This document shows, in pieces, positions 20,759 through 29,650 of a DNA stretch of 64,000 bases (position 1 is the first letter of the stretch; each line of letters opens with the position of its first letter). The position numbers and the translations under genes are program-made. Source of the DNA: an uncultured Nitrospiraceae bacterium (GTDB taxonomy: Bacteria; Nitrospirota; Thermodesulfovibrionia; Thermodesulfovibrionales; SM23-35); NCBI GenBank assembly GCA_963727775.1, contig CAVSHB010000004.1:160001-224000 (forward strand), in the 5' to 3' direction. The notes beneath the pieces are model-generated. The model made no database searches, was not told the DNA's origin, and was given only the letters and a program-made list of their open reading frames with translations.

Positions 20759-21634
20759 TTATTTATGAACTTCCTGATGATTAGTTCTTTTCTTTCTCTT
20801 TAAATGATAACCAGACCCAAGCGCTGCAAGCAGTACAACAATTATTATGACCCATTCCGTTATTGTCAGATCAGGTACTATGCTTGCAAAAAATATATAT
20901 GCCGAACCCTTGCTGATATTTTTACCTATGTTGCTTTCAGGCAACCCAACCAAGAACGTTTTTCCAACCTTGCTGATTGAAACAGACCACCCTAAACGGT
21001 CAAATGTCCTGCCCCCCGAAGCGACCAGTTTCCGCTGTTGAGCCCATTTCCCGTTGCTTCTTGAAAATACATATGCTGAACCCTGTTCGGTCCTGTTGTT
21101 GATTTTAGAGTTAGGCGCCCCGACAACTATAGTGTTTCCGTCTTTGCTGATTGAGGCGGACCATCCGAAGTGATCAATCGTTGCGCCGTCCGAAGCGACA
21201 AGTTTCTGCTGCTGGACCCATTTCCCATCGCTCCTTTCAAACACATATGCCGAACCCTGTTCGGTCCTGTTGTTGATTTTAGAGTAAGGTGATCCAATTA
21301 CTAAGGTACTGCCATCGTCGCTGGATGAAACAGACCATCCGAACCGATCAAATGAGGCTCCGTCTGAAGAAGTCAGCTTTTGCTGCTGAGTCCATTCTCC
21401 ATTTTTCCTCACAAATACATCTGCCGAACCTTGGTCGATATTGCCGTTTATATCGCCATAAGGCGTTCCAACCAATGAAGTATTCCCGGCGCCGCTGATT
21501 GATACAGACCATCCTGAACGGTCAAATGAACCTCCGTCTGAGGGAGTCAGTTTCTGCTGTTGTACAGATCCAACGGCAATCGCCTGCCCTAGCGCTAATG
21601 ACACCAAAATAAAAAAAACTGCTTTCTTAACCAT
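20759..21634 (-). CDS. Exported FG-GAP repeat (beta-propeller) protein with IPTL-CTERM-like tail
   Basis: Signal peptide; 58-aa repeats KL.ASDG...FGWSVSIS..VGAP..GSAYVF; tail VPDLTITEW + TM helix + KRKKR. Confidence 0.8.
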   Translation of the reverse strand: MVKKAVFFILVSLALGQAIAVGSVQQQKLTPSDGGSFDRSGWSVSISGAGNTSLVGTPYGDINGNIDQGSADVFVRKNGEWTQQQKLTSSDGASFDRFGWSVSSSDDGSTLVIGSPYSKINNRTEQGSAYVFERSDGKWVQQQKLVASDGATIDHFGWSASISKDGNTIVVGAPNSKINNRTEQGSAYVFSRSNGKWAQQRKLVASGGRTFDRLGWSVSISKVGKTFLVGLPESNIGKNISKGSAYIFFASIVPDLTITEWVIIIVVLLAALGSGYHLKRKKRTNHQEVHK

Positions 21635-21642
21635 TTTTCCTT

Positions 21643-22764
21643 TTATTCAAAAATCACGTAGTCCTTAATCTTACCGAGTCTTTGCCCCTTTATGCCGAGT
21701 TCTTCAAGACGCGCGATCCTCTTTTCTTTTCGCAGTTTCAAAATTCTGCTTGCCGTATCCAGACCGAGACCGGGCACTCTTAATAACACCTTTGAGTCCG
21801 ATGTGTTGATTCTGACCGGAAAATATTCCGGATGGCTGTCAGCCCATATTTCTTTGGGGTCTTTGTCCAGCCTCAGATTACCTGTTGCCTCAAGCGGAAT
21901 ATCTTCACTGTTAAAGCCGTATTTTCGGATAAGAAAATCTACCTGGTACAGGCGGTGTTCACGCATGAAAGGTCCGGCATGATTTGAAAGAAAGCGCCTC
22001 TCACCCGGGATGTCAGGATGTCCGAGGCCTTTCTGATAAGCAGAAAAATAGACCCTTTTAAAATTCAGGCGCTTATAAAGTCCGAACATGTAATGTATAA
22101 TCTCGGAGTCTTTCTCGTCGGATGCTCCGACAATAAATTGGGTAGTGCATTTGACCCTGGAAAACCTCATGCCTTTCCCTGTGAGTCTGCCGATCAGTTT
22201 CAGCGGATGCAAAATATCTTTATCGTAATCCTTTTCCCTTGAAAGGACGGAGAAATGTTCTTTGCCCGGCGTTTCGATATTGAGAGACACCGCTGTAGCC
22301 AGAGACATAGCATCTTCTACAGCTGCATCCGACGCACCGGGGATGATCTTCAAGTGTATGTACCCCCTAAAATTATGTTTGTATCTGAGAATACGGGCAG
22401 CCGTATTGATCTTGTTCATGGTGTAATCAGCATTATTGATCACAGCGGAACTCAGGAACAGGCCAAATACCTTTTTCCTTCTCTGATATTCCATGAAAAT
22501 ACGGGCGACCTCCTCAGGTTGCAGTGTACAGCGCCGCACATTCGTTTCGGAGCGGAGTGGACAATATTTGCAGTCGTTTGCACAGGCGTTGGAGAGCAAC
22601 GTCTTAAGAAGTACGGTATAGCCTCCCTGCGGAAGGGCAACCGGATAAAGCCATTTTCCGTCAGGTCCTCTCTTGCGATGTTCTTCCTTTCGGGTACCGC
22701 ATGCACAGGCCAGATCATACTGGGAATCTTCGGAAAGCAATTTTAATTTTTCGATAGTGTCCAT
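21643..22764 (-). CDS. Putative DNA modification/repair radical SAM protein (TIGR03916-like)
   Basis: CANDCKYC, YIHLKIIPG, REHRLYQ.DFL, C-terminal HhH LLRVPGLG. Confidence 0.85.
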   Translation of the reverse strand: MDTIEKLKLLSEDSQYDLACACGTRKEEHRKRGPDGKWLYPVALPQGGYTVLLKTLLSNACANDCKYCPLRSETNVRRCTLQPEEVARIFMEYQRRKKVFGLFLSSAVINNADYTMNKINTAARILRYKHNFRGYIHLKIIPGASDAAVEDAMSLATAVSLNIETPGKEHFSVLSREKDYDKDILHPLKLIGRLTGKGMRFSRVKCTTQFIVGASDEKDSEIIHYMFGLYKRLNFKRVYFSAYQKGLGHPDIPGERRFLSNHAGPFMREHRLYQVDFLIRKYGFNSEDIPLEATGNLRLDKDPKEIWADSHPEYFPVRINTSDSKVLLRVPGLGLDTASRILKLRKEKRIARLEELGIKGQRLGKIKDYVIFE

Positions 22765-22904
22765 GAGAAAGCTTTAAGAATTATATCATAGACATGACGT
22801 AATGTTTGAACAGCAGATAAGTCGGGGGACCCTATATCCTCACCCCAACGGGAACAATGCCTCACCGACAGGGAATATCGCCCCAATCAGCCACAGGTTC
22901 GCTC

Positions 22905-23642
22905 TCAGGCTTGAGGCAAAGCCGCGGACTGTTTGGCGGGATTTATCACCCAAATATTCCCGAACTCTTTGTCCTGATACGCCCTGGCAAGCCCGAGCCT
23001 GATGAGTTCAAGCAGGGCGACAAACGTAACGACTAACTGCATTTTTGTTATACCGTCTCTGAAAAGATCTTCAAACCTGACAGTCTCCTGCCCTTCGATT
23101 ATTTCCATTATCACGGACATCCTGTCCTTCACCGTCAGGGTTTCTTTTGTTATTGAAGCAATTTCAGGAGGCGCCTTATCGAGAATTTTTTTGAACGCGT
23201 CAATAAGGTCAAACAGGCTGATGTCAAAAAGGGAAAGCTCTGCATCGTCTTCATCCGGTGAGAAAGGTTCCCGGCGGAATACATTCATCCAGTTCTCCTC
23301 TCTATTTCTGAAGTCGCCTGCCGCTTCCTTAAACCTCTGATATTCGAGCAGCCTCTGGACGAGTTCAAGCCTCGGGTCTTCCTGTTCCTCTGAAGGCGCC
23401 TCTTCATCAGGCGGGATCAACATCCTTGATTTGATATGGATCAAGGTCGCGGCCATAACGATGAATTCGCCGGCTATCTCAAGGTTGAGTTCCTTCATCA
23501 TTTCGATATATTGAAGGTACCGGCCCGTAATCTCGGCAATAGGGATGTCGTAGATATCAACCTTATTGTCCCTAATAAGATGCAGTAGAAGATCAAACGG
23601 CCCCTCAAATACAGGAACCTTTATATTTATAATATCTTCCAT
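22905..23642 (-). CDS. scpA: Segregation and condensation protein A
   Basis: FEGPFDLLLHLI, EFIVMAATL..IKSRML, VVTFVALLEL. Confidence 0.93.
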   Translation of the reverse strand: MEDIINIKVPVFEGPFDLLLHLIRDNKVDIYDIPIAEITGRYLQYIEMMKELNLEIAGEFIVMAATLIHIKSRMLIPPDEEAPSEEQEDPRLELVQRLLEYQRFKEAAGDFRNREENWMNVFRREPFSPDEDDAELSLFDISLFDLIDAFKKILDKAPPEIASITKETLTVKDRMSVIMEIIEGQETVRFEDLFRDGITKMQLVVTFVALLELIRLGLARAYQDKEFGNIWVINPAKQSAALPQA

Positions 23643-23718
23643 CTGTTCCGTTATTATACATCAAAGGATGGATCCGGCGGCGATCCAAAGACAGTATTCC
23701 GAATATGATTGCAGCGCC

Positions 23719-23747
23719 TTGACAAAATTATAAAATATGCTTATATT
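23719..23747 (+). promoter_or_regulatory. Sigma70-type promoter of the ArsR-selenoprotein operon, overlapped by a candidate operator
   Basis: TTGACA-17 bp-TATATT; palindrome AATAT-N4-ATATT overlaps the -10 box. Confidence 0.65.
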
Positions 23748-23782
23748 CGAAAGTAAGAATGTATTTCAATAGGAGGAATGAC

Positions 23783-24124
23783 ATGCTTTCTATGGGTCAA
23801 AGAATAGAACTCTTGAAAATTATTGCTCATCCCGTGAGAATCCGTATCCTTGAAGAACTTTCAAAGGGTGTCAAATGCGTGAGCGATTTCGAGGAGTTCC
23901 TTGACATAAGACAACCTAATGTATCGCAGCATCTTTCGCTTCTGAGACATTACGGCATAGTGGATTACTATATGGACGGAAGGCTTAGGTGCTATTTTCT
24001 TATTAACCCGATCATACCTGATCTTCTCGAACTGCTCAGAAAGGATTACCGCGAATCACTTCCGCGTCCTGCGTGTTGTCCAATAACCAAGAAGGGCGTG
24101 TATCCGGGGAACAGGGCAAGATAA
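23783..24124 (+). CDS. ArsR/SmtB-family transcriptional regulator
   Basis: AHPVRIRIL, KCVSD, QPNVSQHLSLLR; C-terminal ACCP; AGGAGG RBS. Confidence 0.9.
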   Translation: MLSMGQRIELLKIIAHPVRIRILEELSKGVKCVSDFEEFLDIRQPNVSQHLSLLRHYGIVDYYMDGRLRCYFLINPIIPDLLELLRKDYRESLPRPACCPITKKGVYPGNRAR

Positions 24125-24174
24125 TAATATCAGCAAGATAGTTTCAAGATTTAAAGGATACAAGGAGGCAAAAG

Positions 24175-24501
24175 ATGAAAATTGGGATTCTTATTTCAAC
24201 AGGTGACGCAGAGACGGTCTGGAATGCCTTCCGTTTTGCGAACCTCTGTCTGAACACAGACGTGACCAACGAAGTGTCGATTTTTATGCATGCAAAGGCA
24301 GTCGAATACGAAAGCTGCAACTCTGAGAAGTTCAACATCAAAGAGCTTGCAAAAATGTTTGTCCTGAGTGACGGAAAATTGCTCGCATGCGGCAAATGTT
24401 TGGGCTTCAGGGGATTAGAAGATAATGATATCTGCCGTAAGGGCAGTCAGAAAGATCTGTACGAAATGGTCACCACGAGCGACAAGCTTGTCTGCTTCTG
24501 A
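24175..24501 (+). CDS. DsrE/YchN-family sulfur relay protein
   Basis: ETVWNAFRFAN, LLACGKCL..RG, SDKLVCF. Confidence 0.85.
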   Translation: MKIGILISTGDAETVWNAFRFANLCLNTDVTNEVSIFMHAKAVEYESCNSEKFNIKELAKMFVLSDGKLLACGKCLGFRGLEDNDICRKGSQKDLYEMVTTSDKLVCF

Positions 24502-24545
24502 GATGTCATTGGAATGTCAGCTCTGAGAAAGGGAGGTGAATTATT

Positions 24546-24797
24546 TTGGTAAAAATAACAATCTATTCCAATCGACCCGCCGGAAAGCGGTGAACCAATC
24601 TCTGTGCTTTGGCCGGGAAAGTCAAAGAAAAATATCCCAAAGATGTAGAAGTGGAAACGGTCTATTCCGGTTTCCTTGGTCTTGGTCATAAAGGAGATGC
24701 CGTCAAGCCCCCTAACATAGCCGTTGACGACACAATACTTGGAGGCGAAGCCACTTTTGAAGACATTGAAAAAGCTGTTATGGGAAAACTGTCTTAG
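24546..24797 (+). CDS. Small thioredoxin-like selenoprotein (NxPxGxxU motif), 83 aa
   Basis: GGGAGGTGA RBS, TTG start, MVKITIYSNRPAGKR-TGA(24591-24593)-TNLCALAGKV..., in frame with the 24609 ORF; SECIS-like hairpin CTTTGGC/GTCAAAG. Confidence 0.75.
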
Positions 24798-24822
24798 AGA
24801 AGACGATGGAGGTGCGGATGTT

Positions 24823-26559
24823 ATGAAAAGAATAATATATGCGGGAGTCCTGTTTTTAGTCTTTGTGAGTTGTGTCTCTCTGGCGCAGGCAGAAATCCAA
24901 AATGCAGACCGCGTTCGGGGCCAGATTGTCGCTGAGGCAAAAAAGGGAGGATATCAGCTCATCACACCTGAGGAACTCAAAAAGGAATATCTAAAAGATT
25001 CATCCGCGTTTCTTCTTGTAGATACAAGGCAGGAGTGGTCGTATCAGATGCAGCATATCAAGGGGTCCTTACATATTGACTTTGCTCCGACCTGGTGGAA
25101 TCAATACTCACCTATGATGCGGTCGGAGATGAAAGCCCTTCTCGGTACTGAAAAAAATAAGAAAATTGTCTTTTATTGAGACGGTTTAACGTGAGTGCGA
25201 AGTCACGGTGCGGCCAGTTTGGCTGTAAAACTTGGATATAAGAATATATACCGTTTCGCTGAGGGCCTTCCGACATGGAAAGAGATGGGATTGCCTCTTG
25301 AGGCGGGTCGCGCATCTTATGGAGCGTCCGGAGGACAGAAAGGTATTTCGACTGTTATTGGCACGGGCTTGATCCTGACACTTCTCGGAGTATTTATAGG
25401 GGGAATAGCCCTTAATCTTACTCCCTGTGTTTATCCTCTGATCCCAATTACAGCTTCCTATTTTGGCGGTAGGAGTGAAACAGGTGAACGTCAGGGATAT
25501 CTTCTTCTCCACGGCCTTCTCTATATTCTCGGGCTATCTGTCATGAATTCTGCCATTGGAGTTTCAGCAGCATTCACTGGCAGGCTCATGGGCTCATTTC
25601 TTCAGCATCCTGCTGTGCTTATTTTTGTCTCATCTGTATTGCTCCTAATGGCGCTTAACTTCTTTGGCTTATGGGAACTCCGGCTGCCAAGCTTCCTGAG
25701 TTCCGTTGTATCAAAATCCCACACCGGTTATGTCCAGTCACTCTTCATGGGACTGACACTCGGTATAATTGCTGCTCCCTGTATCGGTCCGTTTATTATA
25801 GGGCTTCTGACCATGGTTGCCCAGAGGGGTGATCCCTGGTACGGTTTTCTCATATTCTTTACTCTGAGCATCGGCCTCGGATTACCGCTATTTATTCTAT
25901 CGATATTTGCCGGAAATGTAAGCAAGCTCCCCCGATCAGGTGAATGGTTGATATGGATCAGGAATCTTTTCGGATGGATCATGCTTGCCATGGCTGTATA
26001 TTTTGTAAAACCATTGTTACCGTGGCATGATGCCGGAACTTACATGCTGGCATTAATTGCTTTGGCTTCAGGAGTTCATCTGGGCTTCGTTAGTAAGACA
26101 GGTAAAAATTTGAGAACTTTCACTATTATCAAAAGAAGCATAGGTATTCTTGTGATAGGATTATCTATCTTTCTTGCAGGCTCCGTCCTCTTACGGGGAC
26201 CAGGGGTATCCTGGCGGCCATATTCTCAAGACACGTTCTCAAAAGCGATGGCTTCAAATAAACCGATAATCATTGACTTCTATGCGGATTGGTGTACACC
26301 GTGCGGTCAGTTGGACAAAAAAACATTTCATGACAAGGAAGTTGTTAAGGAATCCGCTAAATTCAGCATGATCAAAGTTGATCTGACGAAGGAAGCTAAT
26401 CCCGATGTTCTGCAACTGTTGAAAAAATATGATGTCAAGGGTGTGCCGACGGTTATATTCCTTGATCCTCGCGGTCAGGAAATAAAGGAATTGGAGATTG
26501 TGGACTACATCCCCGGTAATGAATTTTTGCCGAGAATGAAAAAGGCATTAGGAGAATAA
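24823..26559 (+). CDS. Exported rhodanese-DsbD(beta-gamma) fusion selenoprotein with two Sec, 578 aa
   Basis: Signal peptide; rhodanese LVDTR...HIKGS...VFY-TGA(25177)-DGLT-TGA(25192)-VRSHGAA...GLPTW; DsbD LTPCVYP, AAPCIGP, WCTPC; all one frame. Confidence 0.85.
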
Positions 26560-26566
26560 CCGAGTA

Positions 26567-27277
26567 ATGAAACTAAAAAAAATAGTCGTCTTGATCGTTA
26601 TTTCCGCCTTAATCGTGGCAGTTAAGGTATTTCACCTCGACCAGTTCCTCACTCTTTCATATCTGAAGGGATCATTGGATAAGCTGAAAGCCCTCTATGA
26701 AAACCACAGGGTGCTGGTCATTGCAGGCTATTTTGTCATTTACGTTCTTACAACCTCTATTTCCTTGCCCGGAGCTTCTCCGTTAGGTATCGCTGGAGGA
26801 GCGCTGTTCGGTTTCTGGACAGCGACAATCGTGGTCTCTTTCGCAAGCTCTATCGGCGCCACACTGGCATGTTTAGTTTCCCGCTATCTACTAAGGGACT
26901 GGATACAAAGTAAATTCGGTGACAAGATTGCAAAGATCAACGAAGGTATCGAAAAAGAAGGCGCGTTCTATTTATTCACCCTGCGGTTGATTCCGGTATT
27001 CCCTTTCTGGATGATCAACCTCACTATGGGTCTGACAAAAATGTCCCTTATTAAATTCTATTGGGTATCACAGATAGGAATGCTTCCCGGAACTATGGTT
27101 TTTGTTAACGCCGGAAAGGAACTTGCAAAGATTGATTCTCTCAAGGGAATTTCCTCTCCAGGCCTGATCATTTCATTTGCACTCATCGGCATATTTCCCA
27201 TAGCGGTAAAGAAACTGGTGGCTTTATACCGTTCCAGGATGAAGAAGACCGCTGGCGATGCCGGAAATATTTCCTGA
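26567..27277 (+). CDS. TVP38/TMEM64 (DedA/SNARE-associated) membrane protein
   Basis: SLPGA, GGALFG, LRLIPVFPFW.IN, SQIGMLPG. Confidence 0.88.
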   Translation: MKLKKIVVLIVISALIVAVKVFHLDQFLTLSYLKGSLDKLKALYENHRVLVIAGYFVIYVLTTSISLPGASPLGIAGGALFGFWTATIVVSFASSIGATLACLVSRYLLRDWIQSKFGDKIAKINEGIEKEGAFYLFTLRLIPVFPFWMINLTMGLTKMSLIKFYWVSQIGMLPGTMVFVNAGKELAKIDSLKGISSPGLIISFALIGIFPIAVKKLVALYRSRMKKTAGDAGNIS

Positions 27278-27285
27278 GGGCATCC

Positions 27286-27603
27286 ATGGGAAGGTATGAA
27301 GAAATAACAGACGCGCTACAAATCCTCGGATTATATGAATCCGCAACAGTAAAGGAAATCAAGAACAAGTATCGGGAATTGCTCAAAGAATGGCACCCTG
27401 ACTTATGTAAGGAAAATGAACATATTAGAAAAGAAAGAACTATTGAGATCATCAATGCGCACAGAACAATAATGGATTATTGTGAGCAATATAGATTTTC
27501 GTTCTCCAGGGAAGAAGTTGAAAAATATGTATCTCCTGAAGAACTTTGGGCAAAACAATTTGGAAAAGACCCAATATGGGGAAACTATCAAGATGATGGA
27601 TAA
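27286..27603 (+). CDS. Small DnaJ-domain protein
   Basis: ILGL...EIKNKYRELLKEWHPD. Confidence 0.82.
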   Translation: MGRYEEITDALQILGLYESATVKEIKNKYRELLKEWHPDLCKENEHIRKERTIEIINAHRTIMDYCEQYRFSFSREEVEKYVSPEELWAKQFGKDPIWGNYQDDG

Positions 27604-28237
27604 GATAACTATATTTGATAAATATGCCGAAGAATATGATAGATGGTTTGATACGAATTCATTGGTGTATCAATCAGAAGTGCGGGCAGTGAGAATGCTG
27701 CTGCCTCAAAATGGCCAGGGGGTTGAAATAGGAGCTGGTACAGGAAGGTTTTCAGTTCCATTGGGAATAACACTCGGCGTTGAACCTTCAAGAGCAATGG
27801 CCGAAATTGCAAGAAGCAGAGGAATGACGGTATATGATTCAAAAGCAGAGAATCTACCATTTGATGATAATACATTTGATTTTGTATTAATGGTCACAAC
27901 AATCTGCTTTCTTGAAGATCCGTTGCAAGCAATAAAGGAAATCAGAAGGATTCTTTGTCCTTCGGGAAAGCTCATCATCGGTATGCTTGACAAAGATAGT
28001 CCTCCTGGAAAGGAGTCTCTCTCTAAAAAGAAGAACAGCAAGTTTTATCAGTATGCCAATTTTTATTCGGTCAACCGTGTCTTGAACTGGCTTAAGATAT
28101 CAGGATACAATCATATTCATGTTCTCCAAACAATCTTTAAGAAACCGGAAGAAATAATTGTCTTAGAGCCGATAAGAGAGGGATATGGAGAGGGATTGTT
28201 TGTTGTAATTTCTGCTCAAAAAGGAAAGACAATTTGA
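27593..28237 (+). CDS. Class I SAM-dependent methyltransferase
   Basis: FDKYAEEYDRWF, EIGAGTGRF, LPFDDNTFD. Confidence 0.88.
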   Translation: MMDKITIFDKYAEEYDRWFDTNSLVYQSEVRAVRMLLPQNGQGVEIGAGTGRFSVPLGITLGVEPSRAMAEIARSRGMTVYDSKAENLPFDDNTFDFVLMVTTICFLEDPLQAIKEIRRILCPSGKLIIGMLDKDSPPGKESLSKKKNSKFYQYANFYSVNRVLNWLKISGYNHIHVLQTIFKKPEEIIVLEPIREGYGEGLFVVISAQKGKTI

Positions 28238-28331
28238 AAAGGTTAGTTCAGTTGGTAAGGTACCGTCATCGCTTAATCGTCAGATGGCCTACCCGTCATC
28301 GAAGAAATCAATTAATATCTCGAAGAACTTT

Positions 28332-29381
28332 CTACAAAATCCTGATACAGGGAGTTGGATTTGATATCGCGTTCCCAATTATTGAGGCAGTTTCCATCCC
28401 TGCAGTTTTCAATTCATTAACTAATTGGTCCGCCTGGGATTCAGGAACCGACAGGAGAAGACCCCCCGATGTCTGTGGATCAAAGAGTAATTCCGCCTCT
28501 TTCTCTGACAACTTTGTAATTATTTCCAGACGTCCTTCTGATAATTTCCTGTTTGCCTTATTGCTGCCGGTGGTTTCACCTTTACGATACATCTCAAGAG
28601 AATGAGGATAAAACGGCAGTTCATTATAGAAAAGATCTATTTGTACTCCACTTCCCGTTGCCATCTCCAATGAATGTCCAACAATGCCGAACCCCGTTAT
28701 ATCGGTACATGCATGGATGTCGAAACTCAGTGCTGTATCAAGAGCCTTTTTATTAAGGGCTGCTACGCGAGGCAGGATAACTTCCAGTTCTTTGAAGGAT
28801 AGTTTCCCCGATCTACACGCATTAAACAATACACCGGTGCCCAAAGGTTTTGTGAGGACCAAGACATCCCCTTCCTGAACTGCGCAGTTTGTCAGTATTT
28901 TATCGGGATGAACGACTCCCGTAACCGCAAGGCCGTACTTGGGCTCATTGTCATCTACAGAATGTCCGCCGGCCATAGAAGCACCGGCTTCGTTGACTTT
29001 GTCATTCCCGCCACGGAGTATTTCTTTCAAAACACTCTTGTCAAGTTTCTTGGGGGGAAACATGACGAGGTTCAAGGCAGTGAGAGGTTTGCCCCCCATG
29101 GCATAGATGTCCGAGAGAGAATTCGCTGCAGCGATTTGTCCAAACCAATACGGATCATCCACCGGCGGTGTAATAAAATCGACGGTACTGATAAAGGCCA
29201 TCTCGTCTGATAGGCGGTACACTGCCGCATCGTCACAAGTATTGAACCCGACAAGCAGGTTCGGATCGTTAGAAGCGCTTAGTGCCTTGAGTGCTTCCGC
29301 CAGATCTGACGGACCTATTTTAGCTGCTCAGCCGCATGTCCGGGAGAGTCCTGTAAGAGTTCTTTTCTTGAAGAGACGCAT
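28332..29381 (-). CDS. selD: Selenide, water dikinase (selenophosphate synthetase), Sec-containing
   Basis: MRLFKKRTLTGLSRTCG-TGA(29330-29328)-AAKIGP...DDAAVY in frame with the 29222 ORF; TVDFITP, AANSLSD.YAMGG, TKPLG, DPQTSGGLL; SECIS-like hairpin TCCGTCA-GATC-TGGCGGA. Confidence 0.93.
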
Positions 29382-29650
29382 TTTCTTTTTTTACTTTGGG
29401 CTTTCAGTCGCTTTGATGTCCAATATTTCTTTTCTATCGATGCCCTATGATATATAGAAAATATCTATTTATAGCATTGCATTCAAGAAAAGGATATATT
29501 GCCAGTTGGGCAGCCAATATTGACTGCAATGGAAGGTCTTAAGCTACAATCACACAATTTCGAGAATTTCTGAAGGTACACCGCACCTCTCAAAGCATGT
29601 CCGATGTGCAAACTTGATGAGGGATTCGATATATTTTCAGCGCCCCAAAT

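Noticed and set aside
24499..24501. TGA ending the DsrE gene as Sec
   Set aside because: It falls at the normal family C-terminus (DKLVCF), and read-through would run over the next RBS.
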